From the NCBI RefSeq assembly GCF_009914755.1, contig NC_060937.1: a stretch of DNA of 64,000 nucleotides; one strand, written 5' to 3'. The DNA is from the human T2T-CHM13v2.0 reference genome, Homo sapiens. A model generated the notes under the pieces. The model made no database searches, was not told the DNA's origin, and saw only the letters and a program-made list of their open reading frames with translations. Position numbers and translations under genes: made by a program. Shown here piece after piece: positions 1 through 14,775 of the stretch (position 1 is the stretch's first letter; the number at the start of each line of letters is the position of its first letter).

Positions 1-120
1 GAATCACTTGAACCCAGGAGGTGGAGGTTGCAATGAGCTGAGATAGTGCCACTGCACTGCAGCCTGGGTGACAGAGCGAGACTCCATCTCAAAAAAAGAA
101 AAAAACAAAAACAAAAAAAC
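1..120 (+). mobile_element. Alu right arm and A-rich tail (cut by window start)
   Basis: GAATCACTTGAACCCAGGAGGTGGAGGTTGCA...GAGACTCCATCTCAAAA. Confidence 0.95.
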
Positions 121-1753
121 AGTCTGTGTGACAATTAGGCTGGTTTCAAAAACACAACTGGACAACTGGTATAATACAATGAATTTCTTCACTGGATAAG
201 GGCAATTAGCAGATGGAAATTTATGACTCTGACAGAATGAAATAAAATTTTACAATCTGAGGGCATGAAGATCAAAGCCCTGGTCTTTCTGACAGTATGT
301 ATGTTAAAAAACTTGGGGGAGCTTCAATTATTTGTGGGATCATGGATCTGGAAGGTAAGGCATGTAGGGCATGACATGCCACCAAATCATTTTCTTTTAT
401 GTATGATTTTACAACATCAGATTTAAAGACTATTGAGTAAAAATATATTTTCTTATAAAACATTTTAAAACCCTTTATTGTTCACAGGGCCTGAGTTTAA
501 ACTTAATGTGGACTCTTGCCATTTGTTAATTGAAGCATTTCTGATGAGCATTCTAATTCCATCAAACTCACATACTGGATCTGTTATTTTATACTGATTA
601 TTTCCATGTAGGCTCCAATGCAAATTAGCATCTAACTTACAATACCTCAAAGGAGTTCCAGAACATGACCATTTAGTACTTCAGAAATCAAAGTTGCATT
701 ATTTTTATACAGTAATTATATCAGATGTATGTATGCCTCTTGTCTTTCAAGCCTGAAATTAATTTTTGGAAATCTGCATTTTTACCATATGATAAGCATT
801 GAGTCTCAAGAAACAGTTTGCTTCAGTGAAGAATGAGTCAAGGGTATTGCTTTCAGTCTTTAATAGAATGCAGATTACCTACTGAAAAGGAAGGCCTTTA
901 TTTCATAAATTGAATAGAAAGATAAGTGAAAATAATTGTAAGTATTTAAAAGTAGATCACCTGAAAAAGTCAAATCTAAATATCTCTCTTGAGAGCCTGT
1001 ACTTTTATTTAAATAAAAAGTATTTTCATTTATTTTAAAGATTTTAATGTTTTGTTCTATTCATTTTAAACTAGATTTGACTAGCATGAATAATTCAGCA
1101 TTAAATTTTTTATTTAAAAAATAAATTATTAAACGTTATTATTTGATAAAAAGCACATCTTCTATATTCATTAAAACTAAACCTCATATAGAAAACATTC
1201 ATTCTTCTAATTTGCTAGCAACTCAACCTTTTAATGAATGACATAAGCTACCACTAGTCACTCATTCTTAAAGCAAGAAAAGAGTAGAGTCAGATAATTA
1301 TAAAACTAAAAGAAAGAAAAACAGAAATGGAGATCTACCTGAAATTCTGTATTCTACAAAATGATCCTTTAAAATGGAAGAATACTTTTTTCTGAAAAAT
1401 AAAAATTGCAGAAATGTGTTGCCTGTAAACTTGTCTTGCAAAAAGTGTTTTAAAAAGTTATTTAGGAAGAAAAATGATATAGTTCAGAAACTTGTATCTA
1501 CATGAGGAAAGGAAAAGCATTAAAGTAATAAACACAGATAAATAAAATATTGTATTTTTCTAATTCCTAGTAGATCTAGGAGATAGAAGTTTGTTAAAGT
1601 AATAACAACAAAATTTGTATTTGTTAATTATAGCAAGTATGAAAATGAAATACATGATGATGTTATGAGGGGCAGATGGGACAAATTCAGAGTATTTTCT
1701 TACAAGATACGTGTAGTGCACATGAAGTGGTATATCATTATTTGAAAGAAGAT

Positions 1754-2163
<410 letters not shown>

Positions 2164-2214
2164 TTATTAAAAAAAGTGATCAATTAACACCACAGAAGGC
2201 AGAAAAAAATAGTG

Positions 2215-2535
2215 GATGCCGAATGATGGTTACTAGAGGCTGAGAAGGGTAGCGGGGAGGGGAGGATACAGCGAGGATGGTCAATGGGTGCAAAAGTATG
2301 GTTTGATAGTTTGAATAAGACCTAGTATTTGACAGCATAACAGGGTGACTACACTCAACAATAGTTTATTATGTATTTTAAAATAAAATAAATAAAAGAC
2401 TGGAATTCAGATTTTCTTAATACAAAGAAATGATAAATGCTTGAGGTGATGGATATCCCAATTATCCTGATTTGGTGATTACACATTGTATCCCAGCATC
2501 AAAACATCATATGTGACCCATAAATGTATACACAA
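2215..2535 (+). mobile_element. L1MA-type 3' UTR fragment
   Basis: GAATGATGGTTACTAGAGGCTG...ATGATAAATGCTTGAGGTGATGGATATCCCAATTATCCTGATTTG. Confidence 0.8.
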
Positions 2536-2774
2536 AAATAACAAGAACAACGGATAGAAAGCAGTTACAGAATGATAGACATGAATCCAAATATGTCAAT
2601 AATCACTTTAAACTTCAATGGTCTAAGTATACCAATTAAAAGATAGAGTGGATACAAAGTTGAGACCCACCTATATGTTGTCATCAAGAAATCTTTAAGA
2701 GAGAGACATTAAAAGTGAAGGGATGGAAAAGATACGGCATAGTAGCAGTAATAATCTAAAGATAACAGAGGTAC

Positions 2775-3149
2775 TATATTCATTTGCTAGGGCTGTTATA
2801 ACAAAATACCACACACTGACTTAAACAACATAAATTTATATTCTCACAGTTCTGAAGGCTAGAAGTCTGAGATGAAAGTTTTGGCCTGGTTGGTTTCTTC
2901 TACGGCCTCTTTCCTTGTCTTGTAGACAGTAATCTTCTTTCCATCTTTAAATGGTCTTACCTCTGCGTGTGTCTGGATCTTCCTTTAAAGGACACAAATT
3001 GTAATGAATTAGGGCCCATACTACCAAAACTCATGTTAACTTAATTTTCATTTTAGAGATGCTATCCCTAAATGCAGTCATACTCTGAGGTACTAGGGGT
3101 TAGGACTTCAACATAAGAATTTTAGACGAACACAATTCAGCTCATAACT
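2775..3149 (-). mobile_element. MLT1B-like MaLR solo LTR
   Basis: Reverse complement begins GTTATGAGCTGAATTGTGTTC...ATGTTGAAGTCCTAACCCCTAGTACCTCAGAG; L1 sequence resumes on both sides. Confidence 0.8.
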
Positions 3150-3584
3150 CGTAGTTATATTAATTTTAGACAAATCAGACTTCAGGGGAAAATAAAATAT
3201 CAGGGATAGAGAGAGGCATTACATGATGAAAAAGCAGTCATTTCTCCAAGAAGGTGTAACAATCCCTAATGTGAATGTCTTTAATAATAATGGCAATATA
3301 TGTAAGGCAAGAACTCATAGAAATGCAAGGTGATATAGATAAATTTATTGTTATATTTGGAAATGTTGAGACCCCCCTATGAGTAACTGACAGATCAAGG
3401 AGGCAGAAAATCAGTATAGTTGAACAAAATTGATACCATTGAATTGAACATCATCATCAATCTACTGCATACACTTGATATTTATAGAATACTTCATCCA
3501 CCAACAGGAGAATACACATTTTTCTCAAGATGTCATGAAACATTCAGTAAAATAGACCACATTCTGGGCAATAAAACACACCTC

Positions 3585-3910
<326 letters not shown>

Positions 3911-4616
3911 TTATTTTTAAAAAGTAATGTCAAAGTATATTTTTAGACCAAAATAGAATTAAAGGTGAGATCAATAATTAAAAGATACTTGGAAAATTCC
4001 AAATATATGGAAATTAAATAACACATTTCTAAATAACATCTAGGTCTCAGGATAAGTCTGAAAAAAATTTATAAATATTTTGAACTCCATAAAAAGAAAA
4101 TAAACTTACTGCAATTTGTATGATGCAGCAAAATAATTCCTAGAGGGTAAGTTGTAGCAGAAAATGTATACGTTACAAAAGAAGAAATATTTAAAATCAG
4201 TATTCTAGTATCACAAATTATGACACTAAAAAAATTGTAAATCCCAAATAAGTAGAATAGTAAAAATTCGAGAATTAATAAAATTCGAAACAGAAAATCA
4301 GTGAAAAGTATGCTATTAGACAACATCAATAAAACTGATAAGCCTCCAACCAACTAACCAACAAAAAAGAAAGGAGACACAAATTACAAGTAACAGAAAT
4401 ATTACTACTGATTTCATGGATATTAAAATGATAGGGAATATTGTGAATGAAACTATGTCTATAACTTTGATAACCTAGATAAAATGGACCAATTTTTTGA
4501 AAACACAATTAGAAATAAAACTAGAAGAAATAAACAATCTGCATAGGCCTTTATCTATTAAATAAATTGAATAAACAATTAACTTTTAAAACAGAAAGCA
4601 TCAGACCTGGTGATTA

Positions 4617-5766
4617 TGTGTCTGGAATTGGTGGGCTCTTGGTCTCACTGACTTCAAGAATGAAGCCATGGACCCTTGTGATGAGTGCTACAGTTCTCAA
4701 AGATGGTGAGTCCGGAGTTTGTTCCTTCTTGCTTCTGGTGGGTTCACGGTCTGGCTGACTTCAGGAGTGAAGCTGCAGACCTTTGCGGCGTTACAAGTCA
4801 TAAAGGCGGCGCCGATGGAAAGAGTGAGCAGCATTAAGATTTATTGCGAAGAGTGAAAGAACAAACCTTCCACTGCCTGGACGTGACCCCACTGCATTGC
4901 CATTGCTTGCTGGGGCGGCCTGCTTTTATTCCCTTATCTGGCCCCACCCACATCCTGCTGATTGGTCCATTTTACAGAGAGCTGATTGGTCCGTTTTACA
5001 GAGCTGATTGATCCATTTTGACAGAGTGCTGATTAGTGCATTTAGAAACCTTTAGCTAGACACAGAGTGCTGATTGGTGCGTTTACAGTCCTTTAGCTAG
5101 ACACAAAAGTTCTCCACGTCCCCATCAGATTAGCTAGACATAGAGTGCTGATTGGTGTGTTTACAATCCTTTAGCTAGGCACAGAGTGCTGACTGGTGCA
5201 TTTACAATCCTTTAGCTAGACACAAAAGTTCCCCGTCCCAGAAGCCCAGCTGGCTTCACCTCTCACTGGCACTGGCTGCAGGACTTTGTGGCACCTAGCC
5301 CGCGCACTTCGGCAGCCCAGATGGAGCTCATCTCAGACAACCAAGCGGAAAAGAGGGGAAGCCAGAAAGAGATGGAGACCCAACATTGTGGCCAATGAAC
5401 CCGCGAAGAGGGAATGGCGTCCACGCATGGGACCCAGCCTCTGATCAAGCCCAGCAGGTGCCGGCTGGCCACACAGAGTGCGGGGCCCACCGAGCCAGCG
5501 CCCACCCTGAACCCGCACCGGCCGGCGAGCGCAGCATGCAGCCCAGACTCCGGCCTGTGCCTCTCCCTCCACACCTCCCTGCCAGCAGAGGGAGCCAGCT
5601 CTGGCCTCGGCCAGCCCCAGGGAGGGGCCCCCACAGCCAGCCCCAGAGATGGTCCCCCACAGCGCAGCTGCGGGCTGAAGGGCTCCTTGAGCGTGGCCAG
5701 AGCGGACGCAGAGGACGAGGAGGCGCCCAGAGCAAGCAAGGGCTGCTAGCACGTTGTCACCTCTCA
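4617..5766 (-). mobile_element. LTR12-family (ERV9) solo LTR, LTR12D/E-like
   Basis: Minus-strand termini TGAGAGGTGACAACGTGCTAGCAGCC ... CCAATTCCAGACACA; 4-bp TSD ATTA at 4613-4616 and 5767-5770; tandem GCTGATTGG repeats. Confidence 0.92.
4923..5230 (-). promoter_or_regulatory. LTR12 U3 promoter/enhancer repeats (CCAAT boxes, GATA site, AATAAA TATA-like box)
   Basis: Intact ATTGG at 4961, 4985, 5073 and 5151; CTTATC at 4933; CTTTTATT at 4923-4930. Confidence 0.6.
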
Positions 5767-6001
5767 ATTAGCGGGGGCTACCCCAAGGTCCACAAGCCTA
5801 CCTGGTGAGGGAGTCATGAGTAAAAGTAAGGTTATATTCTAGTTATTTAGAAAATATTTCTTTCATTCTTTAAATTTTTTATCTGCTTTTTTATATTGCT
5901 AAAGCACTACTAATAAAATACTAATTCGGTTGTACTCAAACTTTTTTTCTACTAAAAATAATCTAGGTGAATGGTAAATTAAAAAAAATTGGGAAATAAA
6001 C

Positions 6002-6543
<542 letters not shown>

Positions 6544-6613
6544 CGATTCTCCTGCCTCAGCCTCCCCCAGTAGCAAGTGCTGGGATTACAGGCATGAGTC
6601 ACCATGCCCAGCC
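6544..6613 (-). mobile_element. Internally deleted antisense Alu remnant
   Basis: CGATTCTCCTGCCTCAGCCTCC...AGTAGC joined directly to AAGTGCTGGGATTACAGGCATGAG...CCCAGCC. Confidence 0.75.
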
Positions 6614-6695
6614 CATGAGGGCCTTTAAAAGATGTGAGGTTGTAAGGATCCCTTCTGTAATGAGCAACTTTTACAGATCAGAGATGTTTTACTTC

Positions 6696-6978
6696 TTTTT
6701 TTTGAGATGGAGTTTCGCTCTTGTTGCCCAGACTGGAGTGCAATGGCGTGATCTCAGCTCACTGCAACCTCCATGTTCAAGCAGTTCTCCTCCCTCAGCC
6801 TCCCGAGTAGCTGGGATTACAGGCATGCGCCATTACGCCCGGCTAATTTTGTATTTTTAGTAGAGACTGGGCTTCTCCTTCTTGGACAGGCTGGTCTCGA
6901 ACTCCCGACCTCAGGTGATCCGCCCCCCTCGGCCTCCCAAAGTTCTGGGATTACAGGCGTGAGCCACCGCGCCCGGCC
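6696..6978 (-). mobile_element. AluS (Sp/Sq-like)
   Basis: TTTTGAGATGGAGTTTCGCTCTTGTTGCCCA...GAGCCACCGCGCCCGGCC. Confidence 0.92.
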
Positions 6979-7094
6979 CCATTTTGATAATCTTTTATTA
7001 GGAAAAAAATATCATGAACATTACCTGAGTTTTCTTATTTAATGCAGCATACATCACTGCTATTCCATTAAAACAGACAATTTTCTCACATTTT

Positions 7095-7110
7095 CCAGCA
7101 GGTGGCAGCA
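7095..7110 (+). promoter_or_regulatory. Candidate CTCF site
   Basis: CCAGCAGGTGGCAGCA matches the CTCF core CCASYAGRKGGCRS; lies in unique AT-rich sequence. Confidence 0.5.
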
Positions 7111-8645
7111 CAGACTCGCTATTTGAACCAAGTTTACGCTTCTAAATAGGCAAAAAGAAATGGTAAAAAGACATGAATACAGAATATTTAGAAACATTTT
7201 GGGGCACTATAAAACATCTTTATAAAAATGTTAATAGTGGCAAAAATCATGTTTTCATTATTGTAAATCATATTTGTGTAGGAAAAGTAAAATTCAAGAT
7301 CATGGTGAGTTACCCTTTGAATTAGAACTTTTCTTAGAATCATCTCAGGCACATTTAATGAAGCTTTCTTTGAGAGACTATTAGTGTTTAATAAATCTAA
7401 AATAGAATAAAAGTTGCTTTGAAAATCTGCCTTAATTAGTGATACATATCTTTTTTATTGTACATAATCCTAATACTACGTTGGATATTTAATTAAAGAA
7501 TAAAACAACATTAGAACTCTTGCTTTAACATGAATTCTACTCAGTAGAATTGCCATATGCAAGAGAAAATATCTGCATTACCCAAACTAGCTTTTCTCCT
7601 CTGTTCTCTAACATCGCCGTCCAACTGATTGTATCAAGTGGTAAACTCGATTTTTTCAAGCTGTCCGTCTCCCTCTTCCCCATTCCATGTATCAGCTCTT
7701 GTCATGTCTTACTAATCTCTTACCACTTACATTTTATGGGATCTGTCTAATCTTTTCTATTTCCCTGCCACTTCTCTGATCTGAGCCACCATATTATTTA
7801 GATAACCTCTTTGTCTCACAAAACATCCACCAGCCTCAGTATTTTACTATTACTGTGCATTGGAGTGAGAAAAATTTCTGTAGCAAAAATTATGTTATAT
7901 CCTTGCCTTTCTAAATCTATGGAAGGCTTTGTCAGTGCTCCTTAGATAGAGTTAACCTCCTTTACTCAACAAGTTAAGATAATTTGTTAGGTGCTGGAGT
8001 ATAAATAATGAATAAAGAAGAAATTGGCCTCAACTACTGAGTGTAAGTATTTCAGGGAAAATTAATGAAAAATACATATAAAATTAATATTAATATAAAA
8101 ATTAATATTGTAGTTTGACTGTGTTAAAGAAGTTCAGCATGTTAAGGGAGCATAAAATAAAAGAAAGTGGTCCAAAAATTCTCTCTGAGCAATGCTATTT
8201 ATGTTAAGGATTCCAAGAGGGAGGAATGAAACAATCGAGGAGGGAGAGAAAAATGAATGGGCAAGTAGAATGGGTGGAGACCATGACACTGTGTATGAGC
8301 TGTATCCTCCTATGCAGCTTGAGTGACATGCTGAAGAAGTACTCGCTTATATTTGAACTTTGTTGTCATCGAAGAATTGATTCATGGGAAATTCCCTGAT
8401 CAGATTTGTAATTTAGGAACTCAAATTGCATGAGAGGAATGATTTGTGGCTGGGAGTGAGGGGAGTGAAACACAAAACAAGGAAAGGATCTATCTACTTA
8501 AGAACATAGTTTTTAAGGCCTTTAGTGGAGTTGTGGAAACAGTGCTGAGGAATGAAAAAAGTGTAAGAATGATAAAGTATTTCAACAGAAGAAATTACAT
8601 TGCAGAAAGGACTCTGTAATGAGTCTTAAGATTGTAACCTGTGTA

Positions 8646-8962
<317 letters not shown>

Positions 8963-9219
8963 AAGATTGTAACCTGTGTAATGTATAGAACTGAAATGTC
9001 ATTACTAAACTAGTAAATATAGAAGAACCAACAAGATGATTGATTAATACAAGCTAATTTTGTATATTTTGAAGTTGAGCATCCTGTGAGACTGCCAGTT
9101 GTCTATCACAAACAGAATTTCGATAAAAGTTTGAACCTCAAGATGGAGTGATAGTTCAGTATCTAGGGCTTAGTGGAGGCTGGAGCTAACCACAAGGAGC
9201 TGAGGTACCAGTGCTGTGG

Positions 9220-10007
9220 TGAAACGGGAAAAGTTCCCTTATCCCCCTCGCAGGGCGTGAGATGGGGGTGTAGCTCATGGGGGTGTACCTCACTTCTTCG
9301 GTGCCCCGTTGTTCAAGCCTCTAAGGGAAGCATGCAGACGGGCCGGCTGTGAGGCTCTGATCCCATAGCAGCGTCTAGAGGTGAATGTTTACAGCTCCTG
9401 AACCCCCAGTGGGCATGTGTTACAGGGTGCTCTTTTAGGTTAGCTGTCTGGAGGCGGCTTGTGTTAGCTCAGTTAGATCCCTGCCTTATCACAAGGACAG
9501 AGGGCTTTCTGTATCCTGGGGTTTCTTGCCTTGATGTACCAGAAGAATAGGATCACCCGTGGGCTTGGAGAATGAGTGCAGGGTTTTACTGAGTAGAAGT
9601 AGCGCTCAGCAGATGCGGGAGCCTGAAGGGAGATAGAGTGGAAAGGTGGTTTTCTTCTGTATTTGGGCTGCTCAGCGGCTGGGCTCTCCTCTGACTGCCC
9701 CGGCCGAACTCTACATCTTCCCACTGGTCCATGGCCTGCCAGCCTGCTGGTCCCTATTGATGTGCCCTTACGCCAGCGTGTTCCTCTTGATGTTCAGCCA
9801 CTTGTGTGTACCCACTAGGGTGTTGGGGTTTTTATAGGCACAGGATGGGGGCGTGGCGGGCCAGGGTGGTCTTAGGAAATGTAACATTTGTGCAAGAAAA
9901 CAACTGTCTGTTTTCACCTAGGTCCATGGGCACAGGTACTGGAGTGGAGCCCTAGCCAGGCACCCGCCCTTCTCTACCCAACACTTCCCTACCCCTCTCC
10001 CGTATCA
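9220..10007 (-). mobile_element. ERV1-class solo LTR (MER52/LTR27-28-like)
   Basis: Minus-strand termini TGATACGGGAGAGGGGTAGGGAAGTG ... GGGAACTTTTCCCGTTTCA; 4-bp TSD GTGG/ATGG (one mismatch). Confidence 0.78.
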
Positions 10008-11612
10008 ATGGAAGTAAAGATAGTGTGCTTCAAACTCTCTTTTCAAGACATCTGGCTGCGAAAAGATTAAAAATATAGAACAGAAACAGTGGAGAAAATG
10101 CCTGTGTTTTGTTTCATATCTTGAGTTTCGTTTCATATCTTAGGATGGGAGGAGCATAAATCTTAAATACTGAGGTCAAAGAGCCAGCGAAAAGTAGTGG
10201 CTAAAGAATCATCACGAGTACATATTCAATGATACAACATCCCACAGGTGTGGGAGGCACGCAGGTGATAGAGAACACAGGAAATGTGATGTTGAGTGCG
10301 AGAGCAGCCGCCAGCCTCTTCCATATGGACATGAGGGGAGGATGGGTGAGAAGGTGAAGATTTTTGTAGGTGAAAAACAAGTTCACTTTGGTTTCCCACT
10401 TTTAAAATAGAAAATGAGACAATCAGCTGAGAACAAACAAGATGATTGTAGTTTGGGGCACGTTAGTAAACAAATGAAACTTTATAAGTCTACTTCAGGG
10501 AAAGAAAAAGAACTGAGTAGAAGCACGAAGAAGGACTAAATGCAAGAAACAAATCATATTTCAATTCTAGATTATAGAACATTAAAGTCAGCTTTCAATG
10601 CCGTGAGAGACAGTGAGGTCATATAGTGGATAATGGGTGTTAAATATTTCAGAGGTGGTATATTTTGGGGTCACCACCTCACATAAAAAGACTGGTAAGT
10701 TTACAAAAATATGTCCTACTACTCCTTTACAAAGGGTAACAAAAAGCACAAAACACAACAAACTAATATCAGAGATTTTTAATAGGAAATTTACAGTAAA
10801 ATTAGAGTATGAAGAATATGTTTGAACAATGTGTTAAACAATATACGTTTAAAGCAGGATGGATATATAAGAATGGCACAGATATAAATATTGTTTAGGA
10901 ACTTATAAGAACATTGATGTTATTAAGAGGAAAACTTGTGCACCTCACAATAAACTTCAAAATCCTACTGATCAAGATAAAAATAAAGAGAGATGGAAGT
11001 GATAGATTTCTCACTCAAATGCTGTGCAATTGCCTAAGAACCTTTTCCTTTTCTTTCTCAGTCTACCTCTTCAGTGATAGATTGCTCTACAGCAATCTCT
11101 TTTTTCCTCATCTCAATCAACCTTCCATTTTTCTCCTTTGAGTACTTTGGGCCCCAACATTTTCCCTCTTTGGTCAATTTGACCTTCTTTCTGATTTCAT
11201 ATTTCTTTCTCTTTTTTTTTTTTTCTAACTTGTTACATTTATGTGTAACTACTCTGTACTCAGCCTGGTGTTAAATCAACTTTTTAAGGTGTATTATATT
11301 AAAGAGCAATATTATAATGATTTAAATACTATTGATTGTTTTGCCTGACTTTATTCTGGAACTCAAGAAACATAAACAAATATATTTTTTTAAAAAATCA
11401 TTTTTGTCTCAAAAGACAAAACTGTGGACTACAGCAGAGAAAATAATTTAATTTTGCTACACTAGTAAAATTCATTTCTTTTTATTGAAGATAAGTTTTG
11501 TAAAATCAGCAGACAAAAAAATCATCTGGTTTATGAGGTAAATGATGGTTTTCTTTATTTATAAAACACATATTTCTTTAAAATGCTTCTCCATTTTTAT
11601 TTTTTCACATAC

Positions 11613-11975
11613 TGAACTAGTCTGTTCTCATGCTGCTAATAAAAAGATACCTGAGGCTAGGTAGTTTATAAAGGAAAGAGGTTTATTTGACTTACAGTTC
11701 CACATGGCTGGGGAGGCCTCACAATCATGGCAGAAGGTGAATGAGGAAAAAAGTCACATCTTACATGGTGGCAGGCAAGAGAGCCAGTGCAGGGGAACTC
11801 CCTTTTATAAAACCATCAAATCTCGTGAGACTTATTTGCTATTGTGACAACAGCACAGGACAAACCCGCCCCCATGATTTATTACCTCTTCCCAGGTCCC
11901 TCCCACAACATGTGGGGATTATAGAAGCTACAATTCAAGATGAGATTTGGGTGGGGACACAGTCAAACTATATTG
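11613..11975 (-). mobile_element. THE1 (C/D-like) MaLR solo LTR
   Basis: CACATGGCTGGGGAGGCCTCACAATCATGG...GAGATTTGGGTGGGGACACAG; 5-bp TSD CATAC. Confidence 0.92.
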
Positions 11976-12299
11976 CATACTAAAGAAGAAACTATGTATA
12001 TCCTTTAAGTTGCCAATATATTGACATACCTGTTTGTTTATTGACTTGTCACTGTTCACATATTCAAGATGCTTGGAAATAACACTCCTTTAACCATCTG
12101 AGGTATTTACAAGTTTGGCTTAATAAAAAGATCACACAGCAGAGTAAAGAGGAAGGGAACATGTACAATGGCATTCATCAGAAGAATTGTAGATTTCATA
12201 TTCCCTTTCTTGGTAGCATGAGGTATTAGCTATAGAAACAAAATTCTGTGTGGAAAATCACCCATAGAAATATAAGGAACATACAATAATGTTTTAGCT

Positions 12300-12740
12300 C
12301 TTGAGCCAGACTGAGGTCAGTTGACCTAAATTTTGTGATAATGTGCATCTCTACTGGTATGAATTGGGCTCATATTTGTTTGTGTCTAGCTATGGTTCAT
12401 TTATCTAGCTTGAGCTCAGCTGTGGGTGGCTCTGCTTCAAGGGTCCCTAATCCACACCTCATTCCCATGAACTTACTAGGAATGTTCTCACTCTCACGGC
12501 AATTTCAGAGGAACTTATGCACAGGTGAAAACACGTAGGGACCCTTGAAGTATATGTTTAGAACTGGCCCATCATCACTTTTGCTTCATCCTGTTGGCCA
12601 AAGGATATTGCATGGCTGAGGCTAATGTGGAGAAACAGAAAACTGCACACTGTTCACGTTTGAAGGGCCCTTAAGGTTATGGCAAAAGGTGTAATCCAGG
12701 GAGAAGTGCAGATGGTTGCCAATAACATAATCTACTTAAC
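12300..12740 (-). mobile_element. Old MLT1 (J/K-like) LTR remnant
   Basis: TAGAACTGGCCCATCATCACTTTTGCTTCATCCTGTTGGCCAAAG is a typical old MLT1 motif. Confidence 0.5.
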
Positions 12741-13059
12741 CACCTGAACAAGTAATAGTTTTAGAAACAGAAAGTCAATATTTGGAATGCCCGTTGTTTA
12801 TTCCTCACTACCTAATTAACCTTCAGACTGTGGTACATTGCTTAGATTTCTCTCTTGTAATAAAAATTCCATTACCTCTGTGAAAGTTATCCTGAGAGAA
12901 AGAAATAAAAACAATTTATATAAGATGATTGTACGTGAATTTTCATTCACTTAAGTTTCTCTGCAGTTGAATTTCCTTCCTACTTTTGGAGAATCACTGA
13001 ACTGTAAAGCAGAGACTGCTTCATATTATTTTAAACTGTGAAAACTACTGATATTTATC

Positions 13060-13800
13060 TTTTAGGCCCTTTAATACACAGTAAAATCCTTGATATAGGC
13101 TTCACCAATCAAACACACCTACCATAGACTTGAATTAAAATTTAATCATGTGAGAAGTCAAGGATGACAAGGCGACAGTGGCAGCTGCAGCCAGTTCCTG
13201 TAGCTGCAGTTGTAGCAGTTTGAGTGACAGTATGAATGTCCTGTTTGTGAAGTCATCAGTGATGTAATCTGTAGTGTTTGTTACTAGTAAATACAAGGAG
13301 AAGAAAAATAATTTAAGCCCAAGAGAACCCCAAAATGTAGCTCACCCTGGCAATGTCTGGCCCATTTTCCCTAGACCTTTCATATTCTCTGGGTGATTTT
13401 CAACAGTATCTACATCCCTGAAGCTGAAAACTCCTTTCCCTTGGATTTTGGAAAGATCAGTTTCCTACATAGTTTTGGCAGCAGGCAGGATATGCAGGGA
13501 AATATAGCACCCAGTAGCAGCCCTCACCAATGATGCTTAGGAGTTAGGGTATAAAAACCACAGATACTTGACCCCATGAATGGGGCTGATAGAAGTGTGC
13601 GTTTGCATCCTTTCAGTGTTTCCCCAGTGGATTAAGCCTTAATAGCACTTTAGGGTAGCTGTCTTAATACTACAGTCATTAATAGGTGTTTATTCTATTA
13701 TCAATTCCCTACTTCCTTAATCATTTCATTTTCCAAATCAACTACTTTTACTTGAATTCTAGAGGCTGGGTCTGCTTCTTAGAGAGTATACATTAAGGTG
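13060..13800. mobile_element. Old ERVL LTR remnants (LTR33-like, then LTR16-like)
   Basis: TTCACCAATCAAACACACCT...; CAGTAGCAGCCCTCACCAATGATGCTTAGGAGTTAGGGTATAAAAACCACAG. Confidence 0.45.
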
Positions 13801-13904
13801 CTAGGTTTATATTTCTGATGGTAAGTGAAATGGTACAGCTTTAAAAAACACAACCACCTTACACAGTCAGAGGCAATAAAAATTCAGATTCCTTAAGAGT
13901 GAAG

Positions 13905-14775
13905 AAACTACAATGAGATTATCAGCTGACACCTGTTGGAATGTCTATTATCAAAAAGACAAAAGATAAGTGTTGACAAGGATGTGGATAAAAAAAAAAT
14001 GCTTGTGTACTGTTGGTGGGAAAGTAAGTTAGTACATCCATTATGGAAATAGTAGAGAGGTTTCTCAAGAAATTAAAAATAGAAATACCATATGATTCAG
14101 CAAACCTATTTCTGGTTATTCAGACAAAGGAATTAAAATCAGTGCCTCAGAGAGATATTTATATCCCCATGCTAATTGCCCCACAATTGACAATAGCCAA
14201 GATATGGAAACAACCTAAATGTCTGTTGACAAATGGATTAAAAAAATCGTGCTATACAAGATATGTAACAAAATAATATTTAGCCTTAACAAAGAAGGAA
14301 ATCCTGCCTTTTGTGACGACATAGATAAATCTGGAGGCAATTATGTGAGACGAAATAAGCCAGACACACAGAAAGATAAATACTGTGTGATCTCACATAC
14401 ATGTGGAATCTACAGTAGTCAAACTCATAGCAGCATAGAGTAAAATGGTGGTTTTCAGTGGCTCGGGGTAGGGAGAGATTGGAGATGTTTGTCACAGGGT
14501 ACACAATTTCAGTTATGCAAGATGAATGAGTTCTGGAGATCTAATATATATCAATGTGGTTTTAACTAACATTATTGTATACTGTGAGCCTAAAATTTGC
14601 TAAGCAAGTAAATCTTAAGAGTTCTCATCAAAAAGTAATCATGTGAAGAGATAGATATATGAGTTTCAATATGGTGATTATTTTACAATACATACATATA
14701 TCAAAACATCACTTGTACATCTTTAATATATACAATATATATTTGTTAATTATATATCAATAAAGCTGATAAAAA
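13905..14775 (+). mobile_element. L1MA9/L1MB-like 3' end (ORF2 C-terminus and 3' UTR)
   Basis: ORF 14043 RFLKKLKIEIPYDSA...TIAKIWKQPKC; ends ATCAATAAAGCTG. Confidence 0.85.

Noticed and set aside
541-600. C/D box snoRNA-like pair (TGATGA ... CTGA)
   Set aside because: Imperfect C box, no terminal stem and no recognisable guide; expected by chance.
4955-5225. Regularly spaced repeats that superficially resemble a CRISPR array
   Set aside because: These are the tandem U3 repeats of LTR12; no unique spacers, no cas genes, eukaryotic context.
5263-5808. Five overlapping ORFs of 96-158 aa
   Set aside because: All lie in the GC-rich part of LTR12, where stop codons are rare; no recognisable domain.
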